A DNA stretch of 64,000 bases from Eledone cirrhosa. Its lineage: Eukaryota. Positions within the stretch are counted from its first letter, which is position 1. Every line of letters starts with the position of its first letter. Made by a program: the position numbers and the translations under genes. Where the stretch lies: assembly GCA_964016885.1 (NCBI GenBank), contig OZ024756.1, positions 32,922,001 through 32,986,000 on the forward strand, in the 5' to 3' direction. This document shows positions 1-14,476 of the stretch, piece by piece. A model generated the notes under the pieces. That model had not been told where the DNA came from, searched no databases, and saw only the letters and a program-made list of their open reading frames with translations.

Positions 1-528
1 AGGCATGCTTAAACGTATACTGTATCACTAATGGAAATTTAGTGCCAACAATAAAGCGTATTTTTTTACATCACAAAATCTAATGATATACATTTATTTT
101 GGGAAATGATAAGCTTTCACAATGCAACAATTATTAATATGAATAAACAATTGGACTTCGGAAATTCAGGAGAATTGAAAAAAGAAACGAAAAAAAAAAA
201 AAATATATATATAGAACCTGAATATAGTAAAGCAAGCGTCCATTATTTCAAGAAACGTGAAGTGGGTCTCAAAATATAAAACATTTCTATTGTTATAAAC
301 ACAACAGTGGAGCTTATAAATAAATATTTTTCATTGCATGGAAATACATAAAATTCCTGAAATTCTCATAAATAAATATGTCTAAAATACAGAGAATATT
401 AAGAAACAAAATACACAAAGGGCATTCTCGTTCATAAGTAACTTTATACGATTATTCATATATGGCAGTAAAAGTAGTTTTATTGTAAGGTACCGAATAT
501 ATATATATATATATATACGTCCGTGTGC

Positions 529-653
<125 letters not shown>

Positions 654-834
654 TATACATAGCTACATATATATGCGTATGTGCACGTGTGGGTGTGAGA
701 GTAGGCTTTATATATACTATTACTGGTGTTAGACATAAGCCAATGGTCACTTTGGGTCAATCCCTTAATGTCGATCGTGCTTATTCCATTAACTATTTTT
801 GCCGAAGCGCTAACTTATAGCGCATAACAACTCA

Positions 835-945
<111 letters not shown>

Positions 946-1060
946 GTGAGAGAGAGCGAGACGGAAATAGCACGGAAAATATATTGTAGGGTGTTTTTCT
1001 TTTTCGTCAAAGTGACATTATCAAAAAAATGAGACAATTCTTTTAAAAAAGAGTTGTATA

Positions 1061-1100
<40 letters not shown>

Positions 1101-1759
1101 GTGTGGGGGTGTGGGCGTGTGGGGGGCCATGTGTATGTATATGTGTATTTGTGCATGTCAGTATATATATATATGCATATTTAATTTGAAAGTTAGAAGC
1201 ATGCACGCTCTTTGACAATGATAAATAGGTTAATAGAAGACCTGAAGACTGAAAGCATTTACTGTTCGATCCCCGTTGGACACGAATCTGCACCTGCAAT
1301 ACCGTTTTGCCGTGCTACTCATTACACTAAAGCGCAGCCGTCAAATTTTCCCGTTATATTAAGTCTTATTAATTCAACCGAACATATGTATGCAATCCAT
1401 TGTTAGAAGTTTTGAGTGATAGGAAGTTTTGAAATTGAATGTTAGAATAGCCATTGTAGTTCGACGTTGAAACTATTGCAGGTGTATTCAACCCTCTCCA
1501 TTTTAATATGCCTGTCCTATTAGGCTACTTTACATACTGAACGATGATTCATGCTTCTAAATTTTAAATTCAAAATATAGATGCATATCATTACTTAAAT
1601 ATAAATATACACAATTATGTATCATTGAGGTGCACACATATATATCTACAGTCTATCGACTTTCGTCAAATCGGACCGAGGAAACAACGTTTCCATTGGT
1701 TTTTCCAATTGCTAATACAATATATCTGTCGCAGCTCCAGGTAGAAGGAGCACCGTGGA

Positions 1760-1862
1760 ATAAAGTTTCTTGCTCAAGGACATAGCGCATCGCCCGGTCC
1801 GGGAATCAAACTCACAACCTCACGATTGCGAATCCAATTCCCTAACCACCCAGCCACGCGCA
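1760..1862 (-). mobile_element. tRNA-derived SINE head (second SINE family), degenerate
   Basis: Reverse complement reads GCGCGTGGCTGGGTGGTTAGGG (A-box-like) ... GTGAGTTTGATTCCCGG (B-box-like), followed by CGATGCGCTATGTCCTTGAGCAAG, a typical SINE core start. Confidence 0.6.
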
Positions 1863-1934
1863 TTCATCAATACATATAACAATTATTTTGGTTTGCATTC
1901 TTGTGTGGGTGTGTATATATATATATATATATAC

Positions 1935-1975
<41 letters not shown>

Positions 1976-1996
1976 CATATATATATATATATATAC

Positions 1997-2034
<38 letters not shown>

Positions 2035-2290
2035 ATATTTATCTATATATCTATATATTCTCACGCACAAATATTTACATACTCGCATGTATGCGTACTT
2101 ATTACAAAGAGCTGATATACTGCATCCATAAAATGGCTACTCTCTTGTATCTGTGTTAACGTAGCAGACAATAGAGCAGTTATTAATAATTCTTTAGGAT
2201 GGAAGCAATCATACACTGGAACTGGACCTCACCTAATCTTGGTGTACAGAAATATATTCATACATACAGACAAAACACACACTTATGTAC

Positions 2291-2391
<101 letters not shown>

Positions 2392-2494
2392 TACATATAT
2401 AAATATACATATATATAAATATATATATATGTATATAAATACATATATATATATATAAATACATATATATGTATAGTAATAGATGTATATAAAT

Positions 2495-2542
<48 letters not shown>

Positions 2543-2685
2543 CAACATAATATATATATGTATATAAATATATATATTTATATATATATATATATATAAA
2601 TATATATATTTATATACATATATATATTATGTTGATATACATATATATATATATATATGTATTTATATACATATATATATATATT

Positions 2686-2718
<33 letters not shown>

Positions 2719-2935
2719 ATGTTTTTATATATATATATATACATATATATGTATTTATATACATATATATATATTTATACATATATATATATACTTAAAT
2801 ATATATATATATATTTATATACATATATATATTTAAATACATATAAATATGTATATACATATATATATTTATATACAATTACATATTTATATATTTATAC
2901 ACATATATATTTATAAACATATATATTTATATATA

Positions 2936-3113
<178 letters not shown>

Positions 3114-4676
3114 ATGAGAGGCAGACATGTTTATTTGAAATTATGTTTGAATATAGCTGTCAAACTGTAAATCTATTGAGAGACATATATATACCGCGAG
3201 ATGTCGCTCCACGCGTCTCTCTGTCAATCTATTTCCTGCAAATCTCTCTCTTGCTTAGACAATAATACCGTAACTGTCATATTTATCTGAAGCTTCTCTT
3301 CCGCTTCTAGATGACTTGCAGCCATATATATTTGTACATACTCACACACATGCACAAATTGTGTATGTTCATATGTGTGTGTGTTTATGTGTGTATTTAT
3401 GTTTGTAAACAATCGTGAGAAAAGAGTGTTGTTGTTGTTGGACCTTCCTCGTGTTCAAGGATAGATGTTAAAATGTTTAGATAAACAGTACAGCCTGCTC
3501 TATATTTATCAATATATAAGTGACAGAGCATTCTTCGTATTCGTGTCTTCGACTGCTGGGTGGAATGGAGCAGTCTGCACTAAAGTTGCTTGTTCTGTAA
3601 AATAACACAGCAACGGTAATCGAACTCACGCTTTAATGATCGTTAGACGAACATTCTTAACTCTAAGTTAGAATAAACAATAAATAGATGTACCGTTGAG
3701 GATAGTTTTGTTTCAAATCTCAATATGTAGTGATTCACGTTGGCGTCACTCATCAACTTTATTATTTGCTTTTGTCTCCTCAAGATTAAAGTGTTATTAT
3801 TACTTAATGACCTTCCATTTATAAAAATAATCGATTTATAATAATACGAAAAAGAAAATTGAAATACCACCTTAACAATGAGAAATTTGTTTCACTAAAT
3901 ACTTCCCAAGTTTAATATAAAAATAATCATTCATTAGAAGTGAAGTAAAAGAATGGCTTATAGTGTGTATATTTATTTAAAACCTTCCTATATAATCCCA
4001 CACAAGATCGGCTATTGTTATATTTTAAACACCAGTTTAATTATGAAAATATTTGATATTTTACTATATACAACCGTGTTATGATTATTCTCAAAACCCT
4101 TTGATATTATCATTTTGTCTTCAATTAAAAATGTGATAATGTTAGGGTTAACATAGTATTAATTTAACAGCACATATGTGTGATTTAACAGATAATTTTA
4201 GATGAAATTGTTAGGTAAAAAAAAATCAAGTATAAATGTAGGAAATATTACTGTATATTCTAAATACAAGAAGCCATTAGTAAAAGGAGAAACATCCCCT
4301 AACAAATTAATCCGTTTTAAAAGTAATAACGTTTTTTTAGAATAACATTCTATGTTGAGAGACTAGAAACGGAAGACAGAATTTGGAGGCAATATAATAC
4401 ATTTATCTTGATAGCAATATTGAACAATTGTTAAATTAGAAATTTTTAGTAGAGTGGTGTGCACTTTTCACCATCTTTAATAATAAAATAAAAAACAGAC
4501 AACAACTGTGTATCCATAAAAACAAATCAATAGTGTGTCTCATTAATGTTGAAGTTTTAAGAATTATATATAATTTTTTTTATAAAAATGAAAGCTTTTC
4601 GTTCCAATTATATTTTGGTATGTCAGTTGATTATCTCTAAAAAAATATAATTTGTTCTATTGTTGTAATGTATTAA

Positions 4677-4717
4677 TCTAATATATATTCCATTACTTAT
4701 TTCATTTGCAGGTAAGT
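4677..4717 (+). other. Candidate recursive splice site (3' splice site abutting 5' splice site)
   Basis: CTAAT branch-point-like motif at about 4678, pyrimidine-rich TTCCATTACTTATTTCATTTG, CAG ending 4711, immediately followed by a perfect GTAAGT at 4712-4717. Confidence 0.45.
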
Positions 4718-4763
4718 AGCAGACACGCTTTACTACTACATTAATGGCTGCATGTGATCAGCG

Positions 4764-4794
<31 letters not shown>

Positions 4795-4799
<5 letters not shown>

Positions 4800-4888
4800 T
4801 CCCGAAAATGTATACACACTTTGATTACCTGTGCAAGCAATATTTATTGGAAAGCTGTTGAAGTGTGTATACATGTTTGGAAACACTT
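4795..4888. mobile_element. Degenerate Tc1/mariner-type MITE
   Basis: Imperfect terminal inverted repeats AGTGTCCCGAAAATGTATACACACTT / AAGTGTGTATACATGTTTGGAAACACT, embedded in a TA tract. Confidence 0.5.
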
Positions 4889-5127
4889 CATATATATATA
4901 TATATATATATAATACTGTAGTGACACCAGCCCGGTTATACGTAAGTTGCATGTTACTCAATTTCATGTTGTCTACATATTTTCCTTTTTCGTGGTTGGG
5001 ATTTTATGTCGGTGGTTTCATGGTGTGTTAAACTGATACCAATGAACGAGAGGTCTTCTCTCTAACCTTTCCCTGAACCTCCTCCGTTTTGGTGTATGTT
5101 GATGTAATTCATCGTAGAAATAAACGT

Positions 5128-5275
<148 letters not shown>

Positions 5276-5332
5276 ATAATAATAAAATTGAAGACTAAAA
5301 TCCAAAGAGGGCTCGATAAGGAAAATATATAT

Positions 5333-5378
<46 letters not shown>

Positions 5379-5381
<3 letters not shown>

Positions 5382-5796
5382 GATATTAAATAAATGGAAA
5401 CTATATTTATAAAACCATATTTATTTCATTATATATATTTCAGGGATATCATATTAAAAATATGGTATGCCTTCTTCAGACAAAATACAATATAAACAGT
5501 CTTATAAATAGATAGATTTGACATACCTTACAACTTCAACTTCCATTTAAAAAGTTGATTTGGTAGTCAAATCTATCTATTTATAAGACTGTTTATATTG
5601 TATTTTGTCTGAAGAAGGCATACCATATTTTTAATATGATATCCCTGAAATATATATAATGAAATAAATATGGTTTTATAAATATAGTTTCCATTTATTT
5701 AATATCGTAAATATACTCCAAATACTTGTTGAGTGCTTTTATATCAGTTATAAATATTTACTCGTTGTAACGCAACAATTTAAATATAACTTTGCA
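5379..5796 (+). mobile_element. Penelope-like fold-back element, family A (144-bp perfect inverted arms plus unique tail)
   Basis: 5379-5522 is the reverse complement of 5566-5709 (43-bp spacer). Tail 5710-5796 is homologous to about 32813-32905. Flanked by (TA)n; each arm contains an HHR motif. Confidence 0.75.
5601..5666 (+). ncRNA. Type I hammerhead ribozyme (PLE-type, minimal palindromic stem III), family A; mirror copy on minus strand at 5422-5487
   Basis: TATTTTGT-CTGAAGA-[AGG..CATATT/AATATG..CCT stem II]-GAAA-TATATA-TA-ATGAAATA. Stem I pairs over 8 bp including two G-U pairs. Confidence 0.7.
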
Positions 5797-5819
5797 TATA
5801 TATATATATATATATATAT

Positions 5820-6133
5820 CCCAACGAGGTTAGCTTTGCCTTTCATCCTTACGGAGTCGATAAAGTAAAGTACGAGTAATACACTGTGTAAGTGCTGGTC
5901 ATGCCAAAAGTAGAAACCATGATTATTATTACTATTATTATTATTATTATTTGGATTGGCAGTATCGGTAGAGGGTCAGACGCCATGCTTTGCAGCAAAG
6001 AGTTACGGCCCTTTATGGTATGAGTTCAAATCTCGTTGAGGTTAACTTTGCCTTTCATCCTTACGGGGTCGATAAAATAAAGTACCAGTAATGCACTGGA
6101 ATAATTGCTGGCCTTGTGCCAAAAGTAGAAACA
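5820..6133 (+). mobile_element. Two tandem copies of the dominant tRNA-derived SINE (3' half at 5820-5920; near full length at 5952-6133)
   Basis: A box TGGCAGTATCGGT, B box GAGTTCAAATC, core CTTTGCCTTTCATCCTTACGGGGTCGATAAA, end GGCCTTGTGCCAAAAGTAGAAAC plus (ATT)n tail. Confidence 0.85.
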
Positions 6134-6174
<41 letters not shown>

Positions 6175-6176
<2 letters not shown>

Positions 6177-6306
6177 CTTGAATCTCAGTCATTGATGTTG
6201 GTTAACTGGAAAGTCCGTTGGAATGAATATCAAGCCACTACCTGCTGCCTCAGATATTCAGGACGTATCGGAGGGTTCTTGCTGTTCCCAGCAAGCATGC
6301 TTTTGA
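6175..6306 (-). mobile_element. 5'-truncated Dong/R4-type (RLE) non-LTR retrotransposon 3' end
   Basis: Minus strand encodes KACLLGTARTLRYVLNI*, resembling the conserved C-terminus of R4/Dong ORFs. It is followed by a short 3' UTR and (TAA)n and is flanked by (ATT)n on both sides. Confidence 0.65.
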
Positions 6307-6311
6307 ATATC

Positions 6312-6420
<109 letters not shown>

Positions 6421-6739
6421 CATAGCTTTGTTTATAAAGGAAGAGATCACAAGAATATATTTGAGTTCATATATGAATGATTATCAGACTATTCCAGTCG
6501 ATTTAGACACCGTTTACTTTACACTACTTCTTATATTTTATTTATTTGGTTCAGATTTTGATATGTTTCTTCCATTTATTTTGTTACTCGTGTGTTTTAT
6601 CATACGTATGGTCTGTCTAAATCTTCTTCTATACAGGTTTTCTTTGAATACTAAACATCCGTCTTTATAGATCGAGACTTGGTTTAACAAATTGAAGCTC
6701 GGCGTAGAAATGAGAGAATGAATGAGTGGGAGATAGACA

Positions 6740-6988
6740 TGCAAAGATTGATAGGGAGAGTAAGATAAAGGGTAATCAAATAGAGATAGAGAGGAGTACA
6801 GACAGATATTCCAGAGAAACAGATTCGAAACGTTAACTATATAATGATAGAGAGAGAGTGTGGGAAATACATAGATAGATGGATAGATAGATAGAGAAAG
6901 ATAATCAAACCGATAGATAGATAGCCAAAGTTAAATATATAAAGAGAGAGCGTGCGAAATGGAGTAGAGAGAAGGGGTAGACGTACGG

Positions 6989-7060
<72 letters not shown>

Positions 7061-7460
7061 ATAAGCAATTATAGATACAGAGAAAAACAAAGTGATAGTG
7101 ATAGCTAGATATACAGTTGGACATATACAGATAGTGAGAGCGGAGTGGAAAGCTACTCTTAAAGAGATAGCAAGAGAGAAGTGGAAGTCAGAAATAGATA
7201 CAGAGGCTGAGAGAGGGGGAAAGTAGTTATAAAGAGAAGAAGAGGAAGAGAGAGGAAAGAAGAGATAGACATAGAGATAGAGAGAAAGGAGCAATGATAA
7301 ATTATACAGAGATAGTGAGAGTGTGAGATATACACATACATAGATAGAGAGAAGGTGTGAAATAAACATATAGCAATAGAGGAAGATAAATATACAGAGA
7401 AATTGAGATAGAGAGAAATATACAGAGATGAGAGAGAGAGAAGGTGAAAGAGAGAGAGAA
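6740..7460. repeat. Degenerate purine-rich (GA)n/(GATA)n low-complexity tract
   Basis: About 700 bp of AG/GATA-derived sequence containing a pure (GA)n run at about 6993-7050. Confidence 0.8.
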
Positions 7461-8034
7461 AGAAATGTTTTGCTATATATTATTACTTCCTTACATATAT
7501 ATTTCCTTTTTTCCTTTCAGTACTTTTTTCTTTCTCTCTTTTTTATCCAAGTGTGTCTACTTTATATGCTTATTCTTTCCTTCATTTTCTTCATATCCTT
7601 TTCTTCTTTTTGGTTTTGTTTTATTATACTTTTGTTGTTACTCTTGTAATTTTTTCGTTTACCAATTCTTCTCTTCTCGAACATTTGCGGTTTCTTAACA
7701 TCATCGGAATTCTGTTGGTTGTTTGAGTAATGACCAAGGAAGAGATTTAACCAAAAATACTTCTTGTAACAGAGGAAGAAGTAAAGCGAAAACAAAGCAA
7801 CAAAAAAAAAACAAAAAAAAACAACAACCCAAATAAAACATAAAAAATGAAATAAAAAGGACAGATAAGATACTTGATTTGGGGGATAAATGTTTGTTTG
7901 CAGAAAAGAGGAGGAAAGAAAATAAAATAAGAAATGATAGAGACCTGTGTAATAATAAATGAATGAAAACTCGAAGTAGAAATAGTAAAAACCTAGAATA
8001 AATAATGGCGAGATGATGTATCATGGAGTTTAAG

Positions 8035-8110
<76 letters not shown>

Positions 8111-8126
8111 ATAATAATAATATATA

Positions 8127-8169
<43 letters not shown>

Positions 8170-8374
8170 ATGCATGTATACACACACATATGTTTATATA
8201 TTTATGTATATGTTTATATATTTATGTATATGTTTATATATTTATGTATATGTTTATATATATATATGTATATATTTATATATATATATATATGTATATG
8301 TTTATATATATATATGTATATGTTTATATATATATGTATATGTTTATATATATATATATATACATGTATATGTT

Positions 8375-8507
<133 letters not shown>

Positions 8508-8945
8508 GTTTATATATATATATGTATATGTTTATATATATATAGGTATATGTTTATTTATATATACATGTTTACACGCAAGCGCAGACACTCACAAACA
8601 TACACGGTATATGTATATATTTAATGGAATTGAAATGCAAATGATAAGACAAGATTTTTTTCATATAAAGGTTATTTGTATTATATGTCTATGTGGGTTC
8701 TAAGTGTGAAATCATAGGTTTTCGTCACGTAACGATAACTATACTAAGACTAAGAAACATCACCGATCCTTTACACTACCTGGCTTTTAAAAAACACATA
8801 GACACAGGCACAGGTACACGCATACACGCACACGGATACACAAACACGCACACATACTTATATAAATTCGCAAACACACACATACTTAGGCATACACAAA
8901 CGCTCATACACCCACGTTCAAGCGTGCATATATATATATATATAT

Positions 8946-9143
8946 AACGAAGAAAGTGTGGTAAGGAACCAGGTGAACCATAACGCACCAGAGTACTCAA
9001 TACTTAGGGTAGTAGAGTGGGTAATAGGAAAAGAGTCACTACCCCGATGGCTGAGCTCCGGTCGTCTCGACAGCTAGGTCCGAACAGTTCGGATTTAGCT
9101 GTCGAAACGGCCGGAGCTCAACCGTCGGGGTCCTGACTCTCTT

Positions 9144-9147
<4 letters not shown>
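8946..9147. mobile_element. Fold-back element, family H, with half-hammerhead (other copies at about 15762-15950, 23578-23736, 31980-32205, 32592-32635, 36385-36575)
   Basis: Inverted arms at about 9025-9085 and 9088-9147. Family consensus GTC-GAAA-CGGCYG-GAGCT-CAGCCG-TC-GGGG (GAAA, stem III, GUC) plus a shared tail ending in (TA)n. Confidence 0.65.
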
Positions 9148-9230
<83 letters not shown>

Positions 9231-9454
9231 TTGCATGTGAGCGTATGGTATGTCTGGAAACTGTTGTATGAGGAAACAGACAAATATCCAGCATTAAAAT
9301 GAATCTTGTCCAATATGATATAACAACGTGTGTAGCAGAATGTAATGTAGTGAAGTAGATTATTAGAAGAACTGTTTCTCAGGTAGATCAGAGCGGTACT
9401 GCAACAAAACGAGTTCATGTCTCTATTTCGATGCATGCATTGATACATATATAA

Positions 9455-9497
9455 ACCGAGCTGAAGATCCGAATGAGGTGAAACATTTGTTCTCGGT
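9455..9497 (+). ncRNA. Minimal type I hammerhead ribozyme motif
   Basis: ACCGAG-CTGAAGA-TCC GAATGA GGT-GAAA-CATTTG-TT-CTCGGT, with a perfect 6-bp stem I in exact register. Confidence 0.6.
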
Positions 9498-9535
9498 ATG
9501 GTGAACTAACTGTTGTAGAACTACTTCTATATATT

Positions 9536-9574
<39 letters not shown>

Positions 9575-9720
9575 GTTTCAGAAGATCCCGTTAAGGGTTA
9601 AAACACCGAATCTTTGCTTAAACTTTAATCTGTTATTTTAATAAATATTTGCTCTATGGGTTTTATATATTTGATATATATTCATCCTTCTCGAGCCCTC
9701 TTCGTATTTTAGTCTTCACA
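9575..9720 (+). mobile_element. HHR-bearing repeat family B (degenerate copy)
   Basis: Homologous to 45460-45620. GAAA is mutated to TAAA. The family 3' end (AGTAATAATAATAAAATTGAAGACTAAAATCC as reverse complement) recurs at about 5272, 15973, 36003, 40396 and 50241. Confidence 0.65.
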
Positions 9721-10382
9721 TTATGATATAAGGTATGACTCTCTTTGTTTACTTTTTTATACGAATATTGATTGTTTGTTCCTGAATCTCATATCTGTTA
9801 TTTCGCCTGAGAAAATATCTCTATGTGTCCTTAAATAGTACACACATATATTTATTTTTTTATATCCAATTGAGTTCTTCGCACGAGGCTTGGATTCTTG
9901 TCAGAGTTCAATGACCTGCGTGTGTATTATTTTCTACGGTAGCCTCCTCCTCCAATTTTGGGGACAGTGTGAGATTTTCTTTCTAACTGCTGGACGTACA
10001 ACCTTACAGCACCTTCTAACACTGATAGTGATTATCACTAAATATTGATATTGATTTAGTTATTAATATTAATATTATTGGGCACCCACTGAAGGTTTGT
10101 AAGAGCCCACTTGCATAAGAATCGATAGAACTTACACAAGTTTCTGCATAACTTGGTATAATTTCACCCACCATGTAGAAATCTTATAATGAAACGATTC
10201 GTTTGGGAGATGAGATCTTTAATACATCTCATATAAAATAATACAGCCAATTATCCACACAATACAATATAGTTAGCACTCCAAACGTTTAATTGGGAAC
10301 ATACTCCGGTATTTCCTAATGTTTGTTGAGTGAGTTGGAAATTGGTCGGAGTATCGCTAATAGCTTTCTCCGTTTATGTAGT

Positions 10383-10460
<78 letters not shown>

Positions 10461-10474
10461 GTATATATTATATA

Positions 10475-10857
<383 letters not shown>

Positions 10858-11314
10858 GGAAGACTTTGGTGTTGAGACGCGGTAAGACGACTAATCAAGA
10901 TAATATTCTTTGCATGGGAAGTAAGGAGTGTGGATATAGAGAGGAAAACATAGACGAGAACCTAATGCCAAGCAATTTCCGCTCCTCTTCAGTAACATGT
11001 TCAAGGGTGTACTAGTGTACTGTATATGTTTTGGCATGACCGAGATAATATTAATTTCGACCAGACAGACTTGGTGAGAAAACTGGAAGATATTGAATTA
11101 ACAAAATAAACCATGAAATTTATTGATGATAAGCAGGTGTGAGATAAACGAACAGAGTTAGCAATAGATACAAAGAAAAATAAATGTGAGGACTACATAT
11201 ATATATATATGCGTGTGTGTTGGTGTGTGTGTGTGTGTGCGTGTGTTTTAGATTCCACAATAGTATTATTAATAACAACTGAATCATGATTTATGAAAAA
11301 CATCAATGATTAAC

Positions 11315-11352
11315 TTGAAAAATATAATTCTGAAAAAACAATTTAGGGCATA

Positions 11353-11429
<77 letters not shown>

Positions 11430-11475
11430 GTACTAAATTGTTTTTTTCAGAATTATGTTTTTCAAATCAATCATG
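11315..11475. repeat. Imperfect inverted repeat centred on a (TA)n tract
   Basis: TTGAAAAATATAATTCTGAAAAAACAATTTAG..CATAAA on the left versus TTTATG..CTAAATTGTTTTTTTCAGAATTATGTTTTTCAA on the right. Confidence 0.75.
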
Positions 11476-11679
11476 TGTGTGTGTGTGTGTGTGTGTGTGC
11501 GTGCGTGTGTGTGTTTGTATGTGTGTAAATGTTCCTATTTATTATGTATTTCTTTCGTGATTTGTTAGATAATTATATTTTTTATTCAGATGTATATATT
11601 CTATTTTCGTTTTTCTTATAAATATTACAGCCTTTATAATCGCTGAATATCAGCAACAATAACAGCAACAATAATACTG

Positions 11680-11895
11680 ATGATTTCTGATTTAGGCATA
11701 AGTATAACGATGCACAAGGCCAACAATTTTGGGGGTTAAAGAAAGTCAATTAATTTGACACCAGTGCGTGGCCGGTGCTTTATTTTATCGACCCTGTAAA
11801 GATGAAAGGCAAATCTAACCTTGACGGGATTTAAACTCAGAAGATAAAGGGCCATAACTATATGTCATGAAGCATGATGGCCGATGCTCTACCGT
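11680..11895 (-). mobile_element. Dominant SINE copy (longer subfamily)
   Basis: Reverse complement of the SINE core: TTTATCGACCCTGTAAAGATGAAAGGCAAA...GGGATTTAAACTCAG. Confidence 0.8.
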
Positions 11896-12098
11896 CATGT
11901 TCAAGTACACCTACCTACTAATACTATTACAACTACTACTACTGATAACATTAATGTTTTCTGCGGTTACATTAAAGGGTGGAGGAATGTAAGTGTCTAA
12001 CATTCAATGGTTAATGTCCATGAGGCATGAATAGGTTCTAGCCTTCGTAGAACCCGTGTAGATATAGGAAACTAAACGTATAATAATAAATCTGAAGC

Positions 12099-13232
12099 GT
12101 AGATATTCATTATATTTAAAAATATGAAGGGATACTTATAGTTGGAATGCTTTTGAAATAACAGGCCTTCGTGTAGATATTCATTATATTTGAAAATATG
12201 AAGGGATACTTATAGTTGGAATGCTTTTGAAATAACAGGCCTTCGTGTAGATATTCATTATATTTGAAAATATGAAGGGATACTTATAGTTGGAATGCTT
12301 TTGAAATAACAGGCCTTCGTGTAGATATTCATTATATTTGAAAATATGAAGGGATACTTATAGTTGGAATGCTTTTGAAATAACAGGCTTTCGTGTAGAT
12401 ATTCATTATATTTGAAAATATGAAGGGATACTTATAGTTGGAATGCTTTTGAAATAACAGGCCTTCGTGTAGATATTCATTATATTTGAAAATATGAAGG
12501 GATACTTATAGTTGGAATGCTTTTGAAATAACAGGCCTTCGTGTAGATATTCATTATATTTGAAAATATGAAGGGATACTTATAGTTGGAATGCTTTTGA
12601 AATAACAGGCCTTCGTGTAGATATTCATTATATTTGAAAATATGAAGGGATACTTATAGTTGGAATGCTTTTGAAATAACAGGCCTTCGTGTAGATATTC
12701 ATTATATTTGAAAATATGAAGGGATACTTATAGTTGGAATGCTTTTGAAATAACAGGCCTTCGTGTAGATATTCATTATATTTGAAAATATGAAGGGATA
12801 CTTATAGTTGGAATGCTTTTGAAATAACAGGTCTTCGTGTAGATATTCATTATATTTGAAAATATGAAGGGATACTTATAGTTGGAATGCTTTTGAAATA
12901 ACAGGCCTTCGTGTAGATATTCATTATATTTGAAAATATGAAGGGATACTTTTAGTTGGAATGCTTTTGAAATAACAGTCCTTCGTGTAGATATTCATTA
13001 TATTTGAAAATATGAAGGGATACTTATAGTTGGAATGCTTTTGAAATAACAGGCCTTCGTGTAGATATTCATTATATTTGAAAATATGAAGGGATAATTA
13101 TAGTTGGAATGCTTTTGAAATAACAGGCCTTCGTGTAGATATTCATTATATTTGAAAATATGAAGGGATACTTATAGTTGGAATGCTTTTGAAATAACAG
13201 GCCTTCGTGTAGATATTCATTATATTTGAAAA
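12099..13232. repeat. Tandem minisatellite array, 74-bp unit x 15.3
   Basis: Unit GTAGATATTCATTATATTTGAAAATATGAAGGGATACTTATAGTTGGAATGCTTTTGAAATAACAGGCCTTCGT starts at 12099, 12173 ... 13209. Only isolated single substitutions and no spacers. Confidence 0.97.
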
Positions 13233-13409
13233 GTGGCAGGAGTTTAGCCAACGTCAACAACAACAAAAACAAATTCAGTGACTATTACATTTTGTCGTTT
13301 GACGAGTAAAGATCTTTTTATGGATCTTTTCTGTCGAAGTGATATGCAGAGTGCCCACACAGTCTCTAAACGATTATATATATACATATATAAATGTGTG
13401 TGTGTAAAA

Positions 13410-13540
13410 TGTCAACAGAAATAAGAACACAATCGGTACAGTATATGGAAGGGATATATTAGGTCAACGCTTGATATAGCAGGAAGAGGGTCGTAACGTT
13501 TTGGACTCTAGTCCTTCATCGGAAGAATGAATGGGAAATA
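13410..13540 (-). mobile_element. HHR-bearing repeat family I, minus-strand copy (HHR 13491-13526, core mutated)
   Basis: Reverse complement TCTT-CCGATGA-A-GGAC TAGA GTCC-AAAA-CG-TT-ACGACCCTCTTCCTGCTATATCAAGCG..., homologous to 46000-46115. Confidence 0.6.
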
Positions 13541-13656
13541 AGAAAAATTGAGGGGACGGGCGGGTATAGAATTGGAAAAAATGTCTTTAGATAAAAATAA
13601 CAGGTCCTTTCATGTTGACTACTCCTACAAAACAGTTGGTGCTTTCGTTTTGTGTA

Positions 13657-13760
<104 letters not shown>

Positions 13761-14111
13761 TTGTATAATATTGTCTAGTGACTTGTGGAGCATCTTGTAT
13801 ATTCGGAGAATTGTAAATGAAAATATGGATAATGTTAAAGGAAATGGAATGCATCCTCGAAGGTTTATATTTTGTGAGGTAGAAACTGTATAATTAATTC
13901 ATGCCTTTTAGCTCTACTTATAATAATTTTGCTAGACTTATTTTTTTCGAATTACCCGCTTTGTTCGCTTGTCTGGCAGACTATACGCATCCAGCACACT
14001 AACCCTCTCTCTACTGGTTTGAATTGTTATTAACTAACCACTTATCTCTTCTCTTTGAGTGGTTGGCTTGCTTAATATTGTAATATATATATATATATAT
14101 CTAAATATATA

Positions 14112-14160
<49 letters not shown>

Positions 14161-14282
14161 ATAGGAATTGTAAACGTCCAGTTACTGCAGGTTCACCAGA
14201 GTGACCACTCGCTGCGTAATTTCCAAGTATAGAGATGTACTACTAGCAGATTGTAATAATAATAATAATAAGAATAATAATA

Positions 14283-14382
14283 ATTGTTTCTACTTTTGGC
14301 ACAAGGCCAGCAATTATAACAGTGTATTACTGGTACTTTATTTGATCGACCACATATTAGGATGAAAGGCAAAGTTAACCTC
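14283..14382 (-). mobile_element. Dominant SINE, 3' portion
   Basis: GTTTCTACTTTTGGCACAAGGCCAGC...GGATGAAAGGCAAAGTTAACCTC. Confidence 0.8.
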
Positions 14383-14427
14383 AATAATAATATTAATAAT
14401 ACGACCGATTTGTTATGTCTTCATTAC

Positions 14428-14474
<47 letters not shown>

Positions 14475-14476
<2 letters not shown>

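Noticed and set aside
1240-1260. CTGAAGACTGAAAG as a hammerhead
   Set aside because: There is no room for stem II and no stem I pairing.
12099-13232. CRISPR array
   Set aside because: Units are contiguous and identical with no unique spacers, there are no cas genes, and the context is eukaryotic.
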